Origin: an uncultured Acidobacteriota bacterium | GTDB lineage: Bacteria; Acidobacteriota; Polarisedimenticolia; J045 | Direction of reading: 5' to 3' | Assembly (NCBI GenBank): GCA_963702425.1 | Contig: CAVPCQ010000001.1 | Span: 1 to 30,608 of the forward strand | Length of the DNA stretch: 30,608 nucleotides | In this document: positions 1-8,773 of the stretch, in pieces | How the letters are laid out: every line of letters begins with the position of its first letter | Position numbering within the stretch: position 1 is the first letter of the stretch | Position numbers and translations under genes: made by a program | Notes under the pieces: model-generated | The model's database searches: none | Told to the model about the DNA's origin: nothing | Seen by the model: only the letters and a program-made list of their open reading frames with translations

Positions 1-30
1 CTTCGCCGTTCGCTCGACGACCCTCGCCAA

Positions 31-682
31 TTACGAGATGTACCGCTCCCCGGATGGCCTTGGCCACCGCCTCGCTCTTCGAGTGCACCTCGAGCTTTTC
101 GTAGATCCGCCGAAGGTGAAACGAGACCGTGTGCGGCGTGACTTCGAGTTCCTTCCCGGCCGTCCTGTAGCTGTGGCCCTCGACCAGCAGCTTCAGGATC
201 CTCTGCTCGTGAGGGGTCAGATCGTAGTCGGCGCGTGGCGGGGGGCGGAACTCGCGGAACAGGGTGACGACCTTGCGCGCTACCTCGGGTGTCATCGGCG
301 AGCCCCCCGCCTTCGCTTCGCGAAGCGCCCCGATCAGCTTCTCGGGAGGCGTGTTCTTCAGAAGGTAGCCACAGGCGCCGGCGCAGAGCGCTTCGAAGAT
401 CCGTTCGTCGTCGTGATAGATCGAGAGCACCAGCATCGGCAGTTCCGGGTGCATCTGGCGCAACAGGCGGATCCCGTCGATGCCGCTCATGCCGGGCAGG
501 CCGATGTCGATCAACGCGACATCGACTTCGGCCTGGCGTAGCGCCGAGAGCGCCGCTTCCATCGACCCATAGGTGCCGGCGCACCGGAATCCGGGCTCGG
601 AGTCGAGCAGCGACTGGAGCAGTGAGCGCAACTCGGGACGGTCTTCGACGACCGCCACCCGGAGCGGCGTGCTGTCGCTCAC
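31..682 (-). CDS. NarL/FixJ-family response regulator (REC + LuxR HTH), probable +1 indel near the 3' end
   Basis: Absent from the ORF track; translated by hand from GTG 682, which overlaps the kinase stop: [87 protein letters not shown]. As written the frame runs off the window. Removing one C from CCCC (48-51) gives ..AIRERYIS* ending at TAA 31-33. Confidence 0.92.
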
Positions 683-3600
683 GCCCGCTGCGTCCGCGGC
701 ACGGATTCCGGCCGCAGTGGCACGAAAAGCACGACGCGGGTCCCCTTCCCCGGCGTCGAGAGCACCTCCAGCGAACCACCGATCGCGGCGGCGCGTTGGC
801 GCATGCTGATCAAGCCGTTCCCCTGGCCGACCGCGATCGCTTCGAAACCCTGCCCGTCATCGGCGATCCGGGCCTGCACTCCGCCCTCCTTGCGCTCGAT
901 GTCGAGTGCGAGCGATCGTGCTCCGGAGTGCTTGATCGCGTTGTGAATCGCTTCCTTGCTGATCAGGTAGAGAGCCCGGCGGGTGTCGGGGTTCAGGCTC
1001 AGATCGCCCTCCCCCTCGCCCGAGTTCAGCTTCACCGCGATCCCCTTCGGCTCCGCCAGCTCGGTCGCGAACCAGCGCAGCCTGTCGATCAGATCGCTCA
1101 GCCGATCCCGCTTCGGGTTGATCGACCACACGATGTCGCTCATCGAGTCGACCAGCTCGCGCGAGACGCTCGCGATCTTGTCGAGTCCCGCCCCCGTGTC
1201 CGCGCGACCCGTGGCGGCCTGGCGCCTCGTCATGTCGCTCAGCAGGGCGATGTGCGTCAGGCTCGCGCCGATCTCGTCGTGCAGGTCGCCCGCGATCCGG
1301 CTGCGGAGGCGCTCGACCGCGAGCAGCTGCCGGACCCGCTGCCGCACCAGCAGGGCGGGAACGCCTGCGATGACGGCGCCCACGGCGCACAGGAACCACC
1401 AGCGCTGCCAGACGGGAGCGGGCAGGGTCCACCGCAGCGTGGCCGGCCGGGAGCTGGGCGTACCGTCTCGACTGGTCGCGCGCACCTGCAAGTCGTAGCG
1501 GCCAGGTGCAAGCTGCGCCAGCTGCAGCGCCGGGACGGCGCTCGGCGCGCTCCACTCGCCGGGCTCGTTCTGGAACCTCACCTGATAACTGACGGCGCCG
1601 GAATCGAGCAGGGCCGGCGACGTGAAGTGAACCTCGAGGTTCCTGTCGTCGACGGCCAGGCCTCCGAGCTCCAGGCGATCGGATCCGGAGAGCGGCAACG
1701 CCACGCCGCGACCCGCGATCCTCAGGGCGCTCAGTACGGCGGGCTGAGCCTCGACATCACGCGGCTCCCTCGGCTCCAGCTTGAAGAGACGTCCCATGCC
1801 GCCGAACCACAGCGTGCCGTCATCCGTCGCGAGCATCGTCCGGACCGGAGGAGCGTCCATCCCGAAGTCCGGTCCGAGATGCTCGATCCGTCCGCTCGCC
1901 GGCGTGAGTCGGTCGATCCCGCTGTCCGTCGCGAAGTAGAGCCGGCCGAAACGATCCTGGGTCATCCCGTACACCCGATCCGAGGCCAGTCCGTCCTTTC
2001 GGGTCAGGAACAGGAAGCGCGGCCGATCGGCTTCCGGGTCGTCGCACCGCGCCACGCCGAAGCCGGTCGTGGCTGCCCACAGCCGTCCTTCGCTATCGGT
2101 CAGCAGGCGGAACCCGACGCCCCGGCTGTCGCCCGGGACGATCGCGTGACGGTCCCACGCGCCACCGCGCCGGCGGTAGAGCGTCCCGCCGTACACCCCC
2201 GCCCAGATCGTGCCGCCCGCGGTTTCGGCGAAGTCGGTGGGAACGGCATCCGGCGGCACGTCGGCCGGCGCCGGGGCCTCGAAGCGGCGTGTCCGCGGAT
2301 CGTAGCGCCCGACGGTCGGCGGGCTCGTCGTCCGGCCGACCCAGATCCCCCCGTCGCGAGCCTCGAACAGCGTGAAGATCTGGTCCCAGCCCGAGTCCTC
2401 GGTGTCGAAGATGATCCGCTCGGGCTGCGTGCTCGCGAGCCGCTCGGGGGCGATGGCCGGCCAGTGCAACAAGCCCCACTCGCTGCTCATCCAGAAGGAG
2501 CCGTCGCGCGCCCGCAGCATCGTGCGCGCGCCCGTGCGGGACGGCGGTGCGACGTCGGGCGGGCGCGCGGCCTCGAGCCGCAGCGCGCGCTGACCGGGAC
2601 TCAGGAGGTAGCAGTCGAAGTCCCGTCCGCGCGCCAACACGCGGCCGTCGTCGAGGCTGCACAAACTCGTGAACTTGGCATCGCGCACACCGTCGAGGGC
2701 ATCGAAGCCGAGGAACCCCTCGCGCGGCAGCGCCGCAAGCCCGGCCGGGGTTCCGATCCAGAGCGTCTCGTCACGATCGAACGCGGCGGAGTTCGCGGTC
2801 CCCGCGGTCAGGCCGTTGGTGCTGTCGATCACGCTCCAGGTGGACGAATCCGTCAGCGGGAGCGCCGCGCTGGCCACGCCGTTGCGCGTGACGATCAGCA
2901 CGCGCGAGGATCCGTCGAACGTGATCGCGTCGATCACCGCACCGTTCTGCCAGGGATCGACCCGCCAGCACGTCTCGGCCTGCGGCTCGCGGAGCGAGGT
3001 GCGGCAGATCGTCGCCAGTTCGACGCCGAACCAGAAGGCGCCGTCGGCGTCCGCCGCGAGGGTCGTCACCGTCCCGCGGGAAAGCGCCGGCGAGGGCAGA
3101 TCGTGGAGCGTCCCGCCCGCGTCGATCGCGACGAACCGGAGCAGGGCGGGTTCGCGCTGGCCGCCATAGAGCAGGAGATCACCCGCGGGGCCGGCGGCGA
3201 GCCGGTTGATCGGGACGTCGGGCTGACCGAAGAACGTCGAGAGGTCGACCTTGGCGATCGACGATGGATCGGCATCCGGCGCGAGTCGATAGAGACCGCG
3301 CGAGGTCCCGAACCAGAGCGTCCCGTCGGGCGACTCCGCGATCGTCAGCACTCCGGTATCCGCCGGAAAGGGCGCGGTGATCGCGGAGAACGGTGGCCCT
3401 GCGTCCGGCAACCGCTCCAGCTCGCCGACCGCCAGCCCCGCCATCGTTCCGACCCACAGGCGCTGGCTGCGATCGATTCTGAGGCTGACCACCCGCTCGC
3501 CGGGCAGACCCTCCGCCTTGCCGTAATTCACGAACTGCCTGCCGTCGAAGCGCGAAAGCCCTTCGGCCGTCGCGATCCAGAGAAAACCGCGCCGGTCCTG

Positions 3601-3735
3601 GGTGGTCGCGCCGACCGTGTTGCTCGGCAGCCCGTCGACCATCGACCAGTGGCTGATCGGCAGGCGTTCGCCCCGTGCCGGCCCGAAGCCCAGCAAGAGC
3701 ACGACGGCGATGAGAACGGCGCGGGCGGCTGTCAC
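679..3735 (-). CDS. Sensor histidine kinase with extracytoplasmic beta-propeller repeats, Y_Y_Y-like domain, TM helix, HisKA_3 and HATPase
   Basis: Signal peptide; repeated [24 protein letters not shown] type blades; [10 protein letters not shown]; [18 protein letters not shown]; H-box [10 protein letters not shown]; [35 protein letters not shown]. Confidence 0.93.
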   Translation of the reverse strand: MTAARAVLIAVVLLLGFGPARGERLPISHWSMVDGLPSNTVGATTQDRRGFLWIATAEGLSRFDGRQFVNYGKAEGLPGERVVSLRIDRSQRLWVGTMAGLAVGELERLPDAGPPFSAITAPFPADTGVLTIAESPDGTLWFGTSRGLYRLAPDADPSSIAKVDLSTFFGQPDVPINRLAAGPAGDLLLYGGQREPALLRFVAIDAGGTLHDLPSPALSRGTVTTLAADADGAFWFGVELATICRTSLREPQAETCWRVDPWQNGAVIDAITFDGSSRVLIVTRNGVASAALPLTDSSTWSVIDSTNGLTAGTANSAAFDRDETLWIGTPAGLAALPREGFLGFDALDGVRDAKFTSLCSLDDGRVLARGRDFDCYLLSPGQRALRLEAARPPDVAPPSRTGARTMLRARDGSFWMSSEWGLLHWPAIAPERLASTQPERIIFDTEDSGWDQIFTLFEARDGGIWVGRTTSPPTVGRYDPRTRRFEAPAPADVPPDAVPTDFAETAGGTIWAGVYGGTLYRRRGGAWDRHAIVPGDSRGVGFRLLTDSEGRLWAATTGFGVARCDDPEADRPRFLFLTRKDGLASDRVYGMTQDRFGRLYFATDSGIDRLTPASGRIEHLGPDFGMDAPPVRTMLATDDGTLWFGGMGRLFKLEPREPRDVEAQPAVLSALRIAGRGVALPLSGSDRLELGGLAVDDRNLEVHFTSPALLDSGAVSYQVRFQNEPGEWSAPSAVPALQLAQLAPGRYDLQVRATSRDGTPSSRPATLRWTLPAPVWQRWWFLCAVGAVIAGVPALLVRQRVRQLLAVERLRSRIAGDLHDEIGASLTHIALLSDMTRRQAATGRADTGAGLDKIASVSRELVDSMSDIVWSINPKRDRLSDLIDRLRWFATELAEPKGIAVKLNSGEGEGDLSLNPDTRRALYLISKEAIHNAIKHSGARSLALDIERKEGGVQARIADDGQGFEAIAVGQGNGLISMRQRAAAIGGSLEVLSTPGKGTRVVLFVPLRPESVPRTQRA

Positions 3736-3809
3736 GGCGACAGAGTGTTCGTCGATCCAAGCGTCCGGTCAAGCCGCTTGGCCGGAATGGCACGGCTGAC
3801 CGTCGTTCG

Positions 3810-3853
3810 CTACGTGGTCGCGTAGTGCCCCCCGGCCCTGCCCCCCGAATACT
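3810..3853 (+). promoter_or_regulatory. Candidate response-regulator palindrome CTACG-N6-CGTAG plus -10-like AATACT
   Basis: Inverted repeat at 3810-3814/3821-3825. Its centre falls at about -42 if AATACT (3848-3853) is the -10 box of the 3892 operon. Confidence 0.45.
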
Positions 3854-3891
3854 CCTCGCAGCCGGCAACAGCCGCCGAGACGGAGAACCCC

Positions 3892-6013
3892 ATGCGCCTG
3901 TCTTCCCTTCTGGTCCTGTCGTCCCTCTGTGGCACCGCGGCGCTGGCCGCCTCGCCGCCGAGCCTGATCAACTACCAGGGCGTGCTGCGCGGCTCGAACG
4001 ATGCGCCGCTGACGGGCAGCTACGACATCACGTTCACCTTCTACGACGCCGCCACTGCCGGAACGGAGATCATGATCGACGCACACCGCGCGGCCGAAGC
4101 GAATGCCGTCACCGTCAGCGGCGGGCTGTTCAACACTCAGCTCGGCGGCGGCGTCGTCACGGACGGCAGCGGCGCGGGCACCTACACCAGCGTGGCGCAG
4201 GTGTTCCGCGACTACAGCGCTGTCTTCGTTCAGATCAAGATCGGAACGGAGACGCTGAGTCCGCGCACGCGGGTCGCTGCCGCCGCATACGCGCAGAACG
4301 CGCAGGTCGCGCAGGATTCGAATGCGTTGAGTGGACGCACCGCGAGTCAGTTCGTCGATACGAGCAGCAGTTTCCAGTCGAAGTCAGGGCGGCTCGATAT
4401 CGGCTCGGGCGGACTTCAGAGTCGCGCGCTGCTCGTCCAGAACGGGAGTGCAGATCCTGCCGCGATCTTCTCGAGCGCGAACTCTGGAGCGCTCGTGGAA
4501 CTTGCGGGAACGAATCAGGCCGCGAAGTTCGTGTCGGGTGGCGCCGCCGACGGGGTTCTCGCCACCGCGGCTGACGGCTTCGGAGTCAGCGGGAATGAGC
4601 ACCGCGGGCGCTGGCGTTGCAGGGCGCAGCGGGAGGGACTATGGGGTGGCGGGGTACGGTGTCCTCGGCGGCGGTTGGTTCGAAGACTCAGACAACACGA
4701 GTTGGGCGGCAGTCGCGAGAGGTGATACGGCGGTCGTTGGCACTGGAAGCGGCGCGGGTGCGGAGTTCAGAACGACCTCCTCGAGCGCATACGCCTTCCT
4801 CGCGCGCGCTCGCACCGGTATCGAGGCCTACTCCGTGACCGCCGGTGACAACCCCGCCTGGTTCGAGGATTTCAGTGCCGGGAGCTTCGCGGCGGTCGGC
4901 AGGGCCGGTTACAAGATCCAGGGCAGCGGCGCCGTCAGCTTCGTCCAGAACGATCCCGACGATGCATCGCAGGTGATCGTCTACGCTGCACCCGAGGGGG
5001 ATGAAGTCGCGGTCTACACCCGCGGTTCGGCGAGACTCGTGGACGGCGAGGCGCGCGTCGCGCTCGGTCCGACATTCCGCAAAGTCGCGAATCCGGATCT
5101 GGGCATCACCGCACAGTTGACGCCGACCGGTGCCTGGGCCGACCTGTACGTCGTCTCGAAGTCGACCGAGGAACTGGTCGTCCGCAGCCGCGATCCGCAG
5201 GCGGACGACGTCACCTTCGACTACCAGGTCTGGGCGCTCCGGATCGGCTTCGAGGACAAGGCCGTCGTCCAGCCGAAGCTGCACGAGGCGTTCATCCCCT
5301 CGCGCTCGCCGGACGACACGATCTACGCCAAGCATCCGGAACTTCGCAGCTTCGCCGCCCGCCAACGCCATCTGGCAGAGCGCGCGCAGGTCGAGCCGCT
5401 GGCGAAGGCTGTCGAAACACAGCGCTCGCGGACACTCGAGAACGCGATTGGGGTCTATGACAAGGCGCGGGACTTCAAGCGCGTCGCGCCGCCTGAGTAC
5501 GAAGCCGAGACCGCGCGCAATGGGGCGATTGCGCGCGAACGGAATGCCAGTCGACCTGAACCGCCGCTCGAGGCGCGCGACGCGGCGGCACGCGCAGCCG
5601 CCCGCCCGCGTCTCCCGGAGGCTGTCGTCGAACCTCCACTGCCGGTTCTCAGCCAGTGGGTCGCTGTCGGTGAGAGCGTCGAGGCGGGTGACCTGCTCGT
5701 CCTCGCCTCGGACGGACTCCTGCTCCGCAGCTCGGTTGGCGGCGATGCGCTGGTGTACGGCATCGTCGCAGGAACCACGGGACAGCGGTTCTCGGACCAA
5801 GCCCCGGTGGCACTCGCGGGGGTGGCGACGTTGTGCCGTGTCGATGCGAGCGCCGCACCGATCGCAGCCGGTGACCTGCTCACCTCTTCGCCTTTGCTCG
5901 GCCACGCCATGAAGGCGCCGGAGGGCACGCGCGCGGGTTCGGTGGTGGCCAAGGCGCTCGAAGCTCTTCCCAACGGCATCGGCACGATCCGCGTGCTCGT
6001 GATGTCCCGATGA
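3892..6013 (+). CDS. Secreted phage-fibre-like protein, paralogue 1 (~706 aa once a +1 frameshift at ~4591-4595 is corrected)
   Basis: ORF 3892-4725 supplies the signal peptide and INYQGVL domain. ORF 4331-6013 supplies the Gly-rich stalk and C-terminal domains. Together they are collinear with paralogues 2 and 3. The DNA offset to paralogue 2 changes from 2187 to 2186 across the break, consistent with one extra base. Confidence 0.8.
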
Positions 6014-6063
6014 GGAACCTCGCGAGCCACGACCACCCCCTCTCTTCCATACGAGGAATGAGT

Positions 6064-8199
6064 ATGCGTCTGTCTCGCCTCAGCTCTCTTGTCGTGGGAA
6101 TCGTCGCGACGGCCTCCGCATTGGCCGCCTCGCCGCCGAGCCTGATCAACTACCAAGGCGTGCTGCGCGGCGCGAACGACGCGCCGCTGACGGGCAGCTA
6201 CGACATCACGTTCACCTTCTACGACGCCGCCTCTGCCGGAACGGAGATCATGATCGACGCGCACCGCGCGGCCGAAGCGAATGCCGTCACCGTCAGCGGC
6301 GGACTGTTCAACACCCAGCTCGGTGGCGGCGTCGTCACGGACGGCAGCGGAGCGGGCACCTACACCAGCGTGGCGCAGCTGTTCCGCGACTACAGCACCG
6401 TCTACGTGCAGATCAAGATCGGAACGGAGACGCTGAACCCGCGGACGCGGATCGTCGCCGCGGCGTACGCGCAGAGCGCACAGAACGCGCAGGTCGCGCA
6501 GGATTCGAACGCGCTGAACGGACTCCCCGCGAGTCAGTTCGTCGATACGAGCAGCAGTTTCCAGTCGAAGTCAGGGCGGCTCGATATCGGCTCGGGCGGA
6601 CTTCAGAGTCGCGCGCTGCTCGTCCAGAACGGGAGTGCAGACCCCGCCGCGATCTTCTCGAGCGCAAACTCCGGAGCACTCGTGGAACTTGCGGGAACGG
6701 ATCAGGCCGCGAAGTTCGTCTCGGGTGGCGCCGCCGGCGGGGTTCTCGCCGCCGCGGTTGACGGTTTCGGAGTCCGCGGAGGGAGCACCACGGGAACTGG
6801 CGTTCGCGGGGACAGCGAGTTGAGCTGGGGGGTGGTGGGGGTGGGTCTCGTCGGTGGCGGGTTTTTCTCGGACTCAAACAACGGCGGCTACGCGAGCCTC
6901 GGCTCTGGGGATGTCGGGGTGTACGGCGAGGGCGCCTTCGCCGGAGGGGAATTCCGGTCGACACAGTCCTCTGTCGTCGCCCGGCTCGCGTACGGCGGTA
7001 CCGCCGTCGCGGCGTACACCTACGTTCCCGGTGAGAACCCCGGCTGGTTCCAGGATTTCACCGCCGGAAGCTACGCGGCGGTCGGCAAGGCGGGTTACAA
7101 AATCCAGGGCACCGGCGCCGTCAGCTTCGTCCAGAACGATCCCGACGATGCATCGCAGGTGATCGTCTACGCTGCACCCGAGGGGGATGAAGTCGCGGTC
7201 TACACGCGCGGTTCGGCGAGACTCGTGGATGGCGAGGCGCGCGTCGCGCTCGGTCCGACATTCCGCAAAGTCGCGAATCCTGACTTGGGCATCACCGCAC
7301 AGCTGACGCCGACCGGTGCCTGGGCCGACCTCTACGTTGTCTCGAAGTCGACCGAGGAACTGGTCGTTCGCAGCCGCGATCCGCAGGCGAACGATGTCAC
7401 GTTCGACTACCAGGTCTGGGCGCTCCGGATCGGCTTCGAGGACAAGGCCGTCGTGCAGCCGAAAGTGCACGAGGCGTACATCCCCTCGCGCTCGCCGGAC
7501 GACGCGATCTACGCCGCGCATCCGGAACTGCGCAGCTTCGCCGCCCGGCAACGCCATCTGGCGGAGCGCGCGCAGGTCGAACCGCTGGCGAGGGCCGTCG
7601 ACACACAGCGCTCGCAGACGATCGAGCGCGCGATCGGGGTCTACGACCAGGCGCGCGACTTCAAGCGCGTCGCGCCTCCTGATTACGAGGAGGGGACCGC
7701 GCGCAGAGAGGCGATTGCGCGCAAACGGAATGCCGAACGACCCGAACCACCGCGCATGGCAGACGACGTCGCGTCGCCCGCGGAAACCCGTCCGAGGCTG
7801 ACAGGGTCCGTCGTCGAACAGATGCCACCGAGCGGAAGTCAGCTGGTCGCGATCGGTGAGAGCGCCGAGGCTGGTGATCTCCTCGCGGTCGCCTCGGACG
7901 GGCGACTGCTGCGCAGTTCGCTGGCCGGCGACGCGTTGGTCTACGGGATCGTCGCAGGGGCACCGGGACAGCGCTTCTCGGACCAGGCGCCCGTGGCGTT
8001 CGCGGGCGTAGCGACGTTGTGCCACGCCGATGCGAGCGTGGCGCCAATCGAAGCCGGTGACCTGCTCGTCTCCTCTCCGCTACCCGGCCATGCGATGAAG
8101 GCGCCGGAGGGCGCGCGTGCGGGCACGGTGGTAGCCAAGGCTCTCGAAGCTCTTCCCAACGGCAGCGGCACGATCCGCGTGCTCGTGATGTCCCGATGA
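6064..8199 (+). CDS. Secreted phage-fibre-like protein, paralogue 2 (711 aa)
   Basis: GAGGA at 6053-6057 before ATG 6064. Signal peptide, INYQGVL..TFTFYDA..GLFNTQLG domain, Gly-rich beta stalk, YAAPEGDEVAVYTRG..AQLTP domain, and terminal GDLL..GIVAG..PVAFAG..PIEAGDLL..GHAMKA..AKALE domain resembling tail-fibre intramolecular chaperones. Confidence 0.82.
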   Translation: MRLSRLSSLVVGIVATASALAASPPSLINYQGVLRGANDAPLTGSYDITFTFYDAASAGTEIMIDAHRAAEANAVTVSGGLFNTQLGGGVVTDGSGAGTYTSVAQLFRDYSTVYVQIKIGTETLNPRTRIVAAAYAQSAQNAQVAQDSNALNGLPASQFVDTSSSFQSKSGRLDIGSGGLQSRALLVQNGSADPAAIFSSANSGALVELAGTDQAAKFVSGGAAGGVLAAAVDGFGVRGGSTTGTGVRGDSELSWGVVGVGLVGGGFFSDSNNGGYASLGSGDVGVYGEGAFAGGEFRSTQSSVVARLAYGGTAVAAYTYVPGENPGWFQDFTAGSYAAVGKAGYKIQGTGAVSFVQNDPDDASQVIVYAAPEGDEVAVYTRGSARLVDGEARVALGPTFRKVANPDLGITAQLTPTGAWADLYVVSKSTEELVVRSRDPQANDVTFDYQVWALRIGFEDKAVVQPKVHEAYIPSRSPDDAIYAAHPELRSFAARQRHLAERAQVEPLARAVDTQRSQTIERAIGVYDQARDFKRVAPPDYEEGTARREAIARKRNAERPEPPRMADDVASPAETRPRLTGSVVEQMPPSGSQLVAIGESAEAGDLLAVASDGRLLRSSLAGDALVYGIVAGAPGQRFSDQAPVAFAGVATLCHADASVAPIEAGDLLVSSPLPGHAMKAPEGARAGTVVAKALEALPNGSGTIRVLVMSR

Positions 8200-8207
8200 G
8201 GTGCTTG

Positions 8208-8759
8208 ATGACGCGACGACACGCACTGCTGGTGGCGATGGCGAGCCTCGCTGCCGCGCTTTCGACTGCCTCGGCCCAGACCAGCGCCAGCTTCAAGCTG
8301 CAGGAGGCGGTGATCAACGCCGGCGGTAACCCGCTGCAAGGCAGCCTGCTCAGCTCGGCAAGCTATCGGATCAGGCTCGATTCGATCGGCGAGGCGTTGG
8401 TCGGCATCGGCGCGTCCAGCAGTTCGTACCGGATGGACAGCGCCTTCGTGTCGGCCTACCGCCCGCCCGGTGAGACGCTGGGCCTGCGCTTTTCCAACCG
8501 GACCACGCTGGTCTGGAACCCGGAGCCATCGATCGGCAAGTACGAGCTGTATCGCGGCCTGATCTCTTCGCTGCCGGGCACGTGGGGCGCGTGCTTTGCG
8601 GCGAACCTAGCGAGTGCGACGGCCCCCGACCCGCAGGCCCCGAGCAGCGGAACGGGCTACTTCTACCTCGTGACGGCGCGCAACCGCCTGGGCGAGGAGG
8701 GAACCAAGGGGCCGCGGTCCAACGGTTCCCCGCGCGCCAACACCAATCCCTGTCCATGA
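8208..8759 (+). CDS. Small secreted protein (183 aa): Ser-rich N-domain plus Cys-Pro-terminal domain
   Basis: GAGGTG before ATG 8208. Signal peptide ending ASA-Q; SASFKLQEAVINAGG..SSASYRI..SIGE domain; C-domain LVW..YELYRG..C..YFYLVTARN..G..NPCP*. Tightly packed between paralogues 2 and 3. Confidence 0.85.
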   Translation: MTRRHALLVAMASLAAALSTASAQTSASFKLQEAVINAGGNPLQGSLLSSASYRIRLDSIGEALVGIGASSSSYRMDSAFVSAYRPPGETLGLRFSNRTTLVWNPEPSIGKYELYRGLISSLPGTWGACFAANLASATAPDPQAPSSGTGYFYLVTARNRLGEEGTKGPRSNGSPRANTNPCP

Positions 8760-8773
8760 TCCGAGGTACTCTC

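Noticed and set aside
3789-3803. TGGCACG as a sigma54 -24 box
   Set aside because: The -12 position reads ACCG rather than TTGC.
289-3825. 1178-aa plus-strand ORF and the many other long Arg/Pro/Ala-rich ORFs
   Set aside because: Shadow frames of real genes in high-GC DNA, with no recognisable motifs.
4585-4600. Programmed frameshift or phase variation in fibre paralogue 1
   Set aside because: No slippery heptamer or long repeat tract, and the same +1 pattern recurs in four unrelated genes.
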